DNA from: Candidatus Hadarchaeota archaeon | Lineage (GTDB): Archaea; Hadarchaeota; Hadarchaeia; Hadarchaeales; Hadarchaeaceae | Reading direction: 5' to 3' | Assembly: GCA_964514965.1 (NCBI GenBank) | Contig: CAZETV010000001.1 | Location: forward strand, 933,063-965,062 | DNA: 32,000 nt | Shown here: piece after piece, positions 15,786 to 22,526 of the stretch | Layout of the letters: the number at the start of each line of letters is the position of its first letter | Position numbering within the stretch: position 1 is the stretch's first letter | Notes under the pieces: generated by a model | Seen by the model: the letters and a program-made list of their open reading frames with translations, nothing else | Database searches by the model: none | Told to the model about the DNA's origin: nothing | Position numbers and translations under genes: made by a program

Positions 15786-17981
15786 TTACTCCATAAAGTC
15801 TTCAGGCTTGGGCGGCTCCAGTTTTAATCCTTTGCGTTTTCGCGTGTCCCGAACGACTTGTTCTTGAAGCTCCTTTGGCAGTTGTTCGAATTTTTCGAAT
15901 TCTGTTCCCCAGATTGCCCTCCCCTCGGTCTCCGAACGCATCTCTGCCGCGAGTCCGAAGGAATTTGCTACTGGCAGCGAAGCTTTGATGATCGCGATGT
16001 CTTCTTCTGACTCCATGGTGGTGATTCGGCCCCGGCGCCCTTGGATGACCTTGGTGGCGCCACCCATGAACTCCTGCGGCACCCGTACCTCGAGTTTGAG
16101 CAAGGGTTCGAGCACCACTGGATTGGCGAGAAGGACCCCAGCCTGAATTGGGCGCCTGACCGCCGGGATGATCTGCGCTGGCCCGCGGTGCACCGAGTCT
16201 TCGTGCAACGATGCGTCGGTGATGAGTAACTTGAGCCTGCGTATGGGCTCACGCATCAGCGGTCCCTCTTCGACTACCTCTTTGAAAGCCTCGATAGCAT
16301 AGTCTTCGACTTCGCGCATGTACTGCACGCCTTTTGTAGCATCAACGAAAATGTTTGAACCGATTATCGAGAGTACATTCCGAGCGGTGTGGGTCTCCCA
16401 GCCCAGCTCCCGGAGCACGTTTGCGCGCTCCTTTTTGTCTTGTTTTTCAGCAACTTTGCCCTCCTCGATTGCTTTTATAACCTCCGGCTTGAGGGGTTCG
16501 GCTGTAATAAAAAAGCGATTGTGTTTGTTTGGGGACTTTCCCTCGACATGTTCGGCCTTACCAAGAATCGTCTCGCGATAGACGACTATGGGTTCAGATG
16601 ATTTCACTTCCAGTCCGGCTTCCTTAAGTTTGTATTCGACTATCTCGAGATGAACTTCACCCATCCCCGAAACTAGGTACTCCCCAGTCTCCTCGTTGAT
16701 TTTTATCTTTATGTTTGGGTCCTCGCGGGAAATTTTCTTGAGTTCGTTGATGAGCTTTGGCAGATCTTGGAAGTTCTTCGGCTCGACAGCAACGGTAACT
16801 ACAGGTTCACTGATGTAGCGGAGCTCCTCGAAGCCCTTACCCTCCGCCCCAACTTCTACTAGCGTCTCTCCCACGTAGGCCTCTTTCATCCCGATGAGCG
16901 CGGCGATGTTGCCAGCGGGCACCTTGTCGACCATCTCGCGCTTAGGCCCTATGTAAATACCGACCTGCTGGATGCGCGCGTCCTGCCCAGCACTCACCAG
17001 TTTGACTGTTTTGCCCTTTTCAAGTGTGCCGGAGAAGACTCGGCCCGTCGAGATGACTCCCGCCTGCTCGTCGACGATGACATCGGTGACTATCATGCAA
17101 ATTTTGCCCTCAGGATTGCAGGAGAACATGTCCTTACCGAGTTCACTCTCCACGTCTCCCTTCCATATAATTGGGATTCGGTTCGCCTGTGCCTGTTTTG
17201 GGTTGGGAAGGTGGCGAATAACCATATCGAGCACGACCTCGTAAAGTGGGCTTTTCTTCGCCAGCTCCGCTATGTTGTTCGTCTGGTAAGCGTTGATGAT
17301 GTCCTTGAAGCTGATGTTTCTGGCCTTCATCTGGGGAATCGAGAGGGCCCACTTCTCTTTCGCCGACCCAAAGGCGACTGAACCCTTCTCAACACTTACC
17401 CGCCATTTTTCGGCGATGTCAGGAGAAGCGTACCTCCCGATTAGCTGGTTGAACCTAGTTATGAGTTTGACGAACCGTGCTTGCATCCCATCGGGGGTTA
17501 GTTTGAGCTCGTCAATGAGGCGATCCACCTTGTTGATGAATAGTATGGGTCTCGCTCGCTCGCGCAGCGCTTGGCGGAGCACGGTTTCGGTCTGTGGCAT
17601 GACGCCCTCGACTGCATCCACAACTACAATCACACCATCGATTGCGCGCAGGGCTCGCGTGACATCACCGCTGAAGTCGACATGACCCGGGGTGTCAAGC
17701 AAGTTGATGAGGTGCTCCTTCCCCCCGAAAGCATGCGCCAGACTCACTGCCGCAGTCTGCACGGTTATCCCGCGCTGCTGTTCGATTTCAAGATAATCTG
17801 TGAAAAGTTGCTCACCCGCCAGCTCGAAACTTATGATTCCCGAAGCGGCGACTAAGCTGTCTGTGAGCGTCGTCTTGCCGTGATCGACGTGGGCAACTAT
17901 ACCTATGTTTCGGACATGTTCTGGCGTCCACATTATCTTGGCCACGTCGCCTAAGTGTTTGTAACGTCGCATATCCACCAC
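15786..17981 (-). CDS. fusA: translation elongation factor 2 (aEF-2)
   Basis: 731 aa. GTPase motifs AHVDHGKTT, DTPGHVDF and NKVDR. The diphthamide-site motif is HEDSVHRGPAQ near the C-terminal third. Confidence 0.95.
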   Translation of the reverse strand: MVDMRRYKHLGDVAKIMWTPEHVRNIGIVAHVDHGKTTLTDSLVAASGIISFELAGEQLFTDYLEIEQQRGITVQTAAVSLAHAFGGKEHLINLLDTPGHVDFSGDVTRALRAIDGVIVVVDAVEGVMPQTETVLRQALRERARPILFINKVDRLIDELKLTPDGMQARFVKLITRFNQLIGRYASPDIAEKWRVSVEKGSVAFGSAKEKWALSIPQMKARNISFKDIINAYQTNNIAELAKKSPLYEVVLDMVIRHLPNPKQAQANRIPIIWKGDVESELGKDMFSCNPEGKICMIVTDVIVDEQAGVISTGRVFSGTLEKGKTVKLVSAGQDARIQQVGIYIGPKREMVDKVPAGNIAALIGMKEAYVGETLVEVGAEGKGFEELRYISEPVVTVAVEPKNFQDLPKLINELKKISREDPNIKIKINEETGEYLVSGMGEVHLEIVEYKLKEAGLEVKSSEPIVVYRETILGKAEHVEGKSPNKHNRFFITAEPLKPEVIKAIEEGKVAEKQDKKERANVLRELGWETHTARNVLSIIGSNIFVDATKGVQYMREVEDYAIEAFKEVVEEGPLMREPIRRLKLLITDASLHEDSVHRGPAQIIPAVRRPIQAGVLLANPVVLEPLLKLEVRVPQEFMGGATKVIQGRRGRITTMESEEDIAIIKASLPVANSFGLAAEMRSETEGRAIWGTEFEKFEQLPKELQEQVVRDTRKRKGLKLEPPKPEDFME

Positions 17982-18021
17982 GTTAGAAAATATCTATATG
18001 TCTCATCGTTTAAAAGTAGAG

Positions 18022-19212
18022 CTAACGTAAAGGTAGGAAATCAGATTCAAGTTCATCCTTATTTTTCTCGGGTGGTGAGGGAAATTCCGTTGGTAACTCC
18101 TCGACGCGCTGTCCTATCCCAATCGTATTTCCTATACCGGCGACAATAACCACGTCACCCGGTTTAGTCCGCTCCCGCACCGCTCGCTTGATTCGTTCGA
18201 CAGCTACATCGACAGCGCGTACGAGACGTTTGTTGAGGGGTTTTATAGCTTCCTTGAATGACTCCTTGATTATGATCGCATCGAGCGGCACCTTGCGCTT
18301 TACCGATATTTCCTCGATCTTGTATTTCTCCGTGGGGGGTCCACCTATCGCAGCCCCGACGCCCTCGACCACCTGTCCGCTCACGTCTCCCTCAAGCTTC
18401 AGGGCGGCATCTATCATGATGATTCTGTTCACCTTGCGTTGTGCTACCAAGTGCTTGATTAATTCGCCGGGTTTGCCGACCCGCCCCCCAGGCCCTTTTG
18501 CCTTGACTACAAGCAGTTTTCGCCCCTCGAACTTTGTCTCAGCGTAGACGGTATCTTCGATGGGTTCCCGGCAGGAGGCCTTCCCGATCAACTGCGTCGC
18601 TGTCATTGCCCCAACTCCGTCACCTATCGGTTTTCCGGCAACGAAGGTTTTCGTCGCATCCACGAACGCTTTCGCATACTCTTTCAGGAAGGGTAGTTGC
18701 ATCTGGAGGATCATGACGAGTTGATAACTCTTCGTCTTCTCGGCCAGCAACGTGAAGTGGCGCACCAAGCGATAGAGGCTGTAGCTCGCCATCGTTCCCT
18801 CGATAGTCATCTCCAAATTGGCGGCAGCTTCGGATTCGGCGTTTGGAGCCAAGCGTGTGACGATGTCCTCGAACCTTTTCTTCCGCACATCCAACACATG
18901 TTCAAGTCTGCTAAGCACTCCCGCTGGGTCATCGCTAACTGGCGAAATTGCGAAGAATTCGAGAAAATTGTTGAGCTCCTGCTCGACATCACGTTTTGGT
19001 TTGCCGTGTTTTGTTATCTCCCGGAGCGCGACTCTTTTGCTCTCTTTCGCCCAGCCCTCGAGCTCGTGGACCGACTTGCGCAGCTGTCCCATCCCCATGC
19101 GGGCTTGTAGCCCTATCATGCGGGGCGTGATGAATATGGAGATAGCGAAGAAGACAAAGGCGAAGAGTATCCACGTAAATATGTCTATGTCGAACGGCAT
19201 AGCAATCCCCAA
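18022..19212 (-). CDS. DUF1512-family archaeal membrane-anchored protein
   Basis: 396 aa. An N-terminal TM helix (IFTWILFAFVFFAISIFI) is followed by a long soluble domain. The overall pattern resembles the archaea-specific DUF1512 family. Confidence 0.55.
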   Translation of the reverse strand: MGIAMPFDIDIFTWILFAFVFFAISIFITPRMIGLQARMGMGQLRKSVHELEGWAKESKRVALREITKHGKPKRDVEQELNNFLEFFAISPVSDDPAGVLSRLEHVLDVRKKRFEDIVTRLAPNAESEAAANLEMTIEGTMASYSLYRLVRHFTLLAEKTKSYQLVMILQMQLPFLKEYAKAFVDATKTFVAGKPIGDGVGAMTATQLIGKASCREPIEDTVYAETKFEGRKLLVVKAKGPGGRVGKPGELIKHLVAQRKVNRIIMIDAALKLEGDVSGQVVEGVGAAIGGPPTEKYKIEEISVKRKVPLDAIIIKESFKEAIKPLNKRLVRAVDVAVERIKRAVRERTKPGDVVIVAGIGNTIGIGQRVEELPTEFPSPPEKNKDELESDFLPLR

Positions 19213-19248
19213 TCTTGATTGTTCTCTTTTTTCATATAAGTTTGCCGT

Positions 19249-19261
19249 CGAAAAATTAAAG
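19249..19261 (+). promoter_or_regulatory. putative BRE/TATA element for tRNA-Leu
   Basis: cgaaaaattaaag is centred about 30 nt upstream of tRNA position 1 (19288), the normal archaeal promoter spacing. Confidence 0.3.
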
Positions 19262-19287
19262 CCATTCGGTAGTGAAGTTTGTTAGCT

Positions 19288-19394
19288 GCGGGGGTAGCCA
19301 AGTCAGGTCAAAGGTCTAACGACCGGCTGAAGGCGTACGGTTCAGGGCCGTATCCCGTAGGGGTTCGGGGGTTCGAATCCCCTCCCCCGCACCA
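19288..19394 (+). tRNA. tRNA-Leu(CAG) with a ~19-nt non-canonical intron in the D-loop and genomically encoded CCA
   Basis: Acceptor GCGGGGG (19288-19294) pairs with CCCCCGC (19384-19390), followed by discriminator A and CCA. T arm is GGGGG-TTCGAAT-CCCCT. There is a long variable arm, CCCGTAGGGG. The anticodon arm is TACGG-TTCAGGG-CCGTA with CAG at 19343-19345. The D arm GCC-AAGTCAGGTCAAA-GGC is only obtained after removing about 19312-19330. Total length is 107 nt, 88 nt after excision. Confidence 0.8.
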
Positions 19395-19603
19395 AATGCG
19401 CAATGAGTAAGAAGGTCTATGGAGGTATTTGCGGGCTTTATAGACAAAAATAAGGCAGGAAAACAGGAATTTACAGTTGCTGCCTATTTTCCGAGGAAAT
19501 TTCGTATTTGCTCTCTCAACCATTCAGCCTTTGAATTATAACCAGATGCCTTCAGTTTTGCTTCAAAAGCTTCAAGAATCTCCTTTTCAATTTGGGCTTT
19601 GAT
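19361..19603 (+). repeat. direct repeat copy 1 (functional tRNA-Leu 3' end + intact RHH gene region)
   Basis: Aligns by eye with 21862-22094 at roughly three-quarters identity. Perfectly shared cores include tagacaaaaataaggcagga, cgtatttgctct and ttgcttcaaaagcttc. Confidence 0.75.
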
Positions 19604-19624
19604 TTCAATAATATCCTGCATCAT
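19484..19624 (-). CDS. ribbon-helix-helix (CopG/Arc-like) small DNA-binding protein, 46 aa
   Basis: Hand translation gives MMQDIIEIKAQIEKEILEAFEAKLKASGYNSKAEWLREQIRNFLGK. This is a beta-strand followed by two helices with the G-Y-x-S/N-x-S/A-E turn typical of RHH proteins. It is below the size cut-off of the ORF track. The stop is followed by T-runs (ttatttttg on the minus strand). Confidence 0.55.
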   Translation of the reverse strand: MMQDIIEIKAQIEKEILEAFEAKLKASGYNSKAEWLREQIRNFLGK

Positions 19625-19651
19625 GATCACTAACGAACAATAAGTTTATAA

Positions 19652-19671
19652 ATATAAGAATATTCTAATAT
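19652..19671. promoter_or_regulatory. 20-bp near-perfect palindrome ATATAAGAAT|ATTCTAATAT between a TATA box and the arsR start, a candidate operator
   Basis: 9 of 10 positions per half-site are self-complementary, and the core AGAATATTCT is perfect. The TATA-like tttataaata at 19645-19654 lies about 25-30 nt upstream of the arsR ATG (19678), which implies a leaderless or near-leaderless mRNA with the operator over the start site. Confidence 0.45.
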
Positions 19672-19677
19672 GTTAAT

Positions 19678-19983
19678 ATGAAAGAGATATATAAAATCCA
19701 TGCTGAGATGTGTAAAGTTTTTTCAAATCCAACTAGATTGGAAATTCTTAATCTATTAAGAGACAATGAACTGACTGTTTCTGAATTGACTAATAAGTCA
19801 GAATTTACTCAAGTTAACATTTCTCAGCATTTGTCAATAATGAAAAATAAAGGAATAGTCTCATCAAGACGAAAAGGGAAAAACGTTTACTACAAACTTA
19901 CTAATCCCAAGATAATCAAAGCATTTGATATAATTAAAGAAGTGTTGGCTGAAAGGTTGAAGAAGAATGGAACGCTTGTTTAA
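19678..19983 (+). CDS. arsR: ArsR/SmtB-family winged-helix transcriptional regulator
   Basis: 101 aa. FSNPTRLEILNLL...LTVSEL...VNISQHLSIMKNKGIVSSRRKGKNVYYKL is the canonical ArsR HTH plus wing. The usual ELCVCDL metal site is replaced by ELTVSEL, and Cys12 is the only cysteine. Confidence 0.85.
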   Translation: MKEIYKIHAEMCKVFSNPTRLEILNLLRDNELTVSELTNKSEFTQVNISQHLSIMKNKGIVSSRRKGKNVYYKLTNPKIIKAFDIIKEVLAERLKKNGTLV

Positions 19984-20001
19984 GTGCTATGAGGTGGAAA
20001 A

Positions 20002-20514
20002 ATGAGAAAAACTTTCACAATTTTGATTTTTAGTATGTTGTTGTTAAGTGTAAGTCTAGTGTCTGCACATGAATACAATTTTAATGAGACAAAGCAACTT
20101 ATAGATTCAGGAATAAATTGCGATAAACTCACAGACGAGCAGCTTGAAGCCATTGGAGATTATTATATGGAACAAATGCATCCTGGCGAGGCTCATGAAA
20201 TGATGGATCAGATGATGGGTGGGGAAGGCTCAGAAAGTTTAAGACAAATGCACATCAACATGGCTAAAAGGCTTTATTGTAATGAAAACGTTAGCGGAAT
20301 GATGGGCTCTGGTGGCATGATGGGAATGATGAACTGGCAATCTCCCCAAACAAATATGATGCAAGGAATGATGGGAAATTGGGGATATAGTTTTGGTTAT
20401 TGGGATTTTATCAACATTCTTTATGTAATTTTGTTGATCGGTTTGATCGTATTAGTTTATCTTTGGATTATAAAAATATGGAAAAATATGCAAAATAAAG
20501 GTGGCAAGAAATGA
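20002..20514 (+). CDS. exported, C-terminally membrane-anchored Met/His-rich protein (possible soft-metal binding)
   Basis: 170 aa. A signal-like N-terminus (ILIFSMLLLSVSLVSA), then MHPGEAHEMMDQMMGGEG and GMMGSGGMMGMMN...MMQGMMG tracts, then a C-terminal TM helix (ILYVILLIGLIVLVYLWII). Has an ATGA overlap with the next gene. Confidence 0.65.
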   Translation: MRKTFTILIFSMLLLSVSLVSAHEYNFNETKQLIDSGINCDKLTDEQLEAIGDYYMEQMHPGEAHEMMDQMMGGEGSESLRQMHINMAKRLYCNENVSGMMGSGGMMGMMNWQSPQTNMMQGMMGNWGYSFGYWDFINILYVILLIGLIVLVYLWIIKIWKNMQNKGGKK

Positions 20515-20921
20515 AGCTATTAATGTTTGGAACCAAAGAATTCTGGTATAAAACTTTCAGAAAGACCATCGAGAATGTTGAAGATTCTAACGAAGAGAAG
20601 GCAATACAAAATTCAATTACTGTTTTTATTAATGTAGAAAAAGAGGATGAAACAAGAGATCAAGAAGTCTTGTCAAAAGCAGTTGGAAACATCAAATGGT
20701 TAGCAAAAAAGAATGATTACAAAAAAGTGGTGCTCCATTCCTTTGGGCATCTCTCGGATAGTAAATCAAGTTCAGAATTTGCCCAAGATATCATTAAGCG
20801 CATAGAAAAAAAACTGACTTCAAAGGGTCTGGAGGCTATCACAACCCCCTTTGGTTATTTCCTCGAATTTAAAATGCATGTTAATGGAGAATCCTTGGCA
20901 AAGGTCTGGAAGTCGATATGA
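20511..20921 (+). CDS. free-standing homologue of the archaeal threonyl-tRNA synthetase N-terminal editing domain (DTD-like fold)
   Basis: 136 aa. Collinear with my recollection of the Pyrococcus ThrRS editing domain: MKLLMF...Y, VFINVEKEDE, VVLHSFGHLS, and PFGYFLEFKMHVNGESLAKVWKSI versus [24 protein letters not shown]. It has no catalytic or anticodon-binding domains. Confidence 0.6.
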   Translation: MKLLMFGTKEFWYKTFRKTIENVEDSNEEKAIQNSITVFINVEKEDETRDQEVLSKAVGNIKWLAKKNDYKKVVLHSFGHLSDSKSSSEFAQDIIKRIEKKLTSKGLEAITTPFGYFLEFKMHVNGESLAKVWKSI

Positions 20922-20931
20922 AGGGATAAAA

Positions 20932-21501
20932 ATGAAAATCAGAGAAAGCGGTATGCCTGCTGAGAATGTCTGGGCTGGATTCTTTAATCCTGCTCAAGTA
21001 CTTACAACATTAGGTGTTAATAACGGGATCAGAGATGTAGCAGATTTTGGTTGTGGTTATGGGACTTTTACAATCCCTGCTGCAAAAATAGTGAAAGGGG
21101 AGGTATATGCAATTGATGTTGAACAAGAAATGCTTAAAATTATAGAATGGAAGAAAAATCAAAGTAATTTGAATAATGTTATCCCAATTCTTCGTGATTT
21201 TATATCAGAAGGTTCAGGACTTGAAAATGAAAGCATGGATTATGTCATGCTTTTTAATATCCTTCATGTAGAAAAGCCCAAAATATTGTTAAAAGAAGCT
21301 TGGAGAATCCTTGGAGTCAACGGGAAAATTGGGATTATACATTGGAATTACGATCCTAATACGCCAAGAGGCCCACCTATGGAGATCAGACCTAAACCAG
21401 AACAATGCATTAACTGGGCAAAAGGAGTTGGTTTCATATCTGAACAAAAATACGATCTAAAGCCATATCATTATGGCATAGTTATGACGAAAGTGAGGTG
21501 A
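20932..21501 (+). CDS. class I SAM-dependent methyltransferase
   Basis: Motif I is VADFGCGYGTFT. Also an acidic post-I residue (YAIDVE), DYVMLFNILH and GKIGIIHW. The start is set at the internal ATG preceded by gaaggga. The longer track ORF (20851) overlaps the previous gene by 71 nt. It lacks the conserved Cys set of ArsM. Confidence 0.8.
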   Translation: MKIRESGMPAENVWAGFFNPAQVLTTLGVNNGIRDVADFGCGYGTFTIPAAKIVKGEVYAIDVEQEMLKIIEWKKNQSNLNNVIPILRDFISEGSGLENESMDYVMLFNILHVEKPKILLKEAWRILGVNGKIGIIHWNYDPNTPRGPPMEIRPKPEQCINWAKGVGFISEQKYDLKPYHYGIVMTKVR

Positions 21502-21508
21502 TTTAAAA

Positions 21509-21832
21509 ATGAAAATAGGGGTTGTAATAAGTACAAATGAACCAGAAGTAGTCTGGAATGCTTTCAGATTTGGGGTTACAGCATTAGCTTCTAATCATGA
21601 AGTGAAAGTGTTTCTGATGAATAAAGGCGTTGAAATCGAAGACATCAAAGATGAAAAATACGATGTGAAAAAACAAGTTGATTCATTCATTGAAAACAAA
21701 GGTAAAATATTAGCTTGCGGAACCTGTCTGAAGTCAAGGCAAAAAGAAGGAAGCAATGTTTGTCCGATCTCCAGCATGATGGATCTATTGAAATTAGTAA
21801 CAGAATCAGATAAACTTTTAACCTTCGGCTAA
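21509..21832 (+). CDS. DsrE/DsrF-like family protein
   Basis: 107 aa. MKIGVVIST...WNAFRFGVTAL...HEVKVFLMNKGV...ILACGTCLKSR...ISSMMDLLKLVTESDKLLTFG matches the short DsrE-like family pattern, including the C-G-T-C motif. Confidence 0.75.
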   Translation: MKIGVVISTNEPEVVWNAFRFGVTALASNHEVKVFLMNKGVEIEDIKDEKYDVKKQVDSFIENKGKILACGTCLKSRQKEGSNVCPISSMMDLLKLVTESDKLLTFG

Positions 21833-21861
21833 CATAGTGTTTAATAAGTTCAGTATATAGC

Positions 21862-22094
21862 GGGTTCGAATGCTGGTTCGAATATCTTACACAGCATTAA
21901 TACGCAATGAATAAGACAGTCTAGAGGCAAATACCATCTTTGTAGACAAAAATAAGGCAGGAGAAAGGAATTTGTGTTTATCGACTATTTTGCAAGGGAA
22001 TTACGTATTTGCTCTTTCAACCATCTGCCTTAGAATTGTAGCCAGAAGTCTTGCTTCAAAAGCTTCTAAAATTTCTTTTTCCAATTTAGGATTA
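21862..22094 (+). repeat. direct repeat copy 2 (decayed tRNA-Leu 3' end + frameshifted RHH gene region)
   Basis: Starts with gggttcgaatgctggttcgaatatcttacacagcattaatacgcaatgaataag. This aligns to the tRNA T arm, acceptor 3' strand and downstream flank (gggttcgggggttcgaatcccctcccccgcaccaaatgcgcaatgagtaag), then continues collinearly with copy 1. Confidence 0.75.
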
Positions 22095-22111
22095 GAAGAG
22101 GAGTTAATCAT
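21985..22111 (-). pseudogene. RHH gene remnant (paralogue of 19484-19624) disrupted by frameshifting indels
   Basis: Hand translation from the ATG at 22111 gives MINSSSNPKLEKEILEAFEARLLATILRQMVERANT*. The conserved LEKEILEAFEA is followed by a 7-nt deletion relative to copy 1. The out-of-frame continuation still encodes SGYNSKA..WLKEQIRNSLAK* (ancestral stop at 21985-21987) but needs a further 1-nt correction. The ATG overlaps the arsC stop. Confidence 0.55.
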
Positions 22112-22526
22112 TATCTTTCTGTACATCTTTTCTATTCAGATCAGCCACTAATTCAATTATCTTTTTTTCGATTTCATCTCGGACTCTTCTAAAGGTATGC
22201 ACTGATTTTCCCGAGGGATCCTCAAAATTCCATTCACGGGTTTTTTCAGGGGGAGTGATCGGGCACTCTTGAATGCATCCCATAGTATAGATTCTGTTTG
22301 CACTTGAAGCTAAGTTTAAATCCAACATTTTTGGCTTTTGTTGTTTTAGGCTGATATTTTTTTCTTCCATTACTTGGATGGATAATTCTTGTATCCCTTT
22401 AGCAGGTTTTGTTCCTGCGCTTATCCCCTTATATTGTGGATTTTTGTTATAGAAATTGAAAAAAGCTTCAGCCATCTGACTTCTTGCTGAATTTTCAATG
22501 CAAACGAATAATATATGCTTGACCAT
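22104..22526 (-). CDS. arsC: arsenate reductase / low-molecular-weight protein-tyrosine-phosphatase family (thioredoxin-coupled ArsC type)
   Basis: P-loop ILFVCIENSARSQMAE (C-x5-R-S), plus a second Cys pair in YTMGCIQECP and a DP motif (FEDPSG). The start is set at ATG 22526 (MVKHILF), because the track start at 22535 is a TTG. Confidence 0.8.
   Translation of the reverse strand: MVKHILFVCIENSARSQMAEAFFNFYNKNPQYKGISAGTKPAKGIQELSIQVMEEKNISLKQQKPKMLDLNLASSANRIYTMGCIQECPITPPEKTREWNFEDPSGKSVHTFRRVRDEIEKKIIELVADLNRKDVQKDND

Noticed and set aside
15968-19285. Numerous 60-155 aa ORFs antisense to or out of frame with EF-2 and the DUF1512 gene (for example 16972-17244, 17293-17685, 18188-18547, 18697-19110, 18818-19285)
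   Set aside because: These are typical shadow ORFs of a higher-GC region. They are Arg/Ser/Pro-rich and low in complexity, and all lie nested in strongly supported genes.
19308-19523. 71-aa minus-strand ORF (MVERANTKFPRK...) from the six-frame track
   Set aside because: It runs antisense straight through the tRNA-Leu gene and is an out-of-frame read of the RHH gene tail. The RHH frame and the tRNA explain this sequence better.
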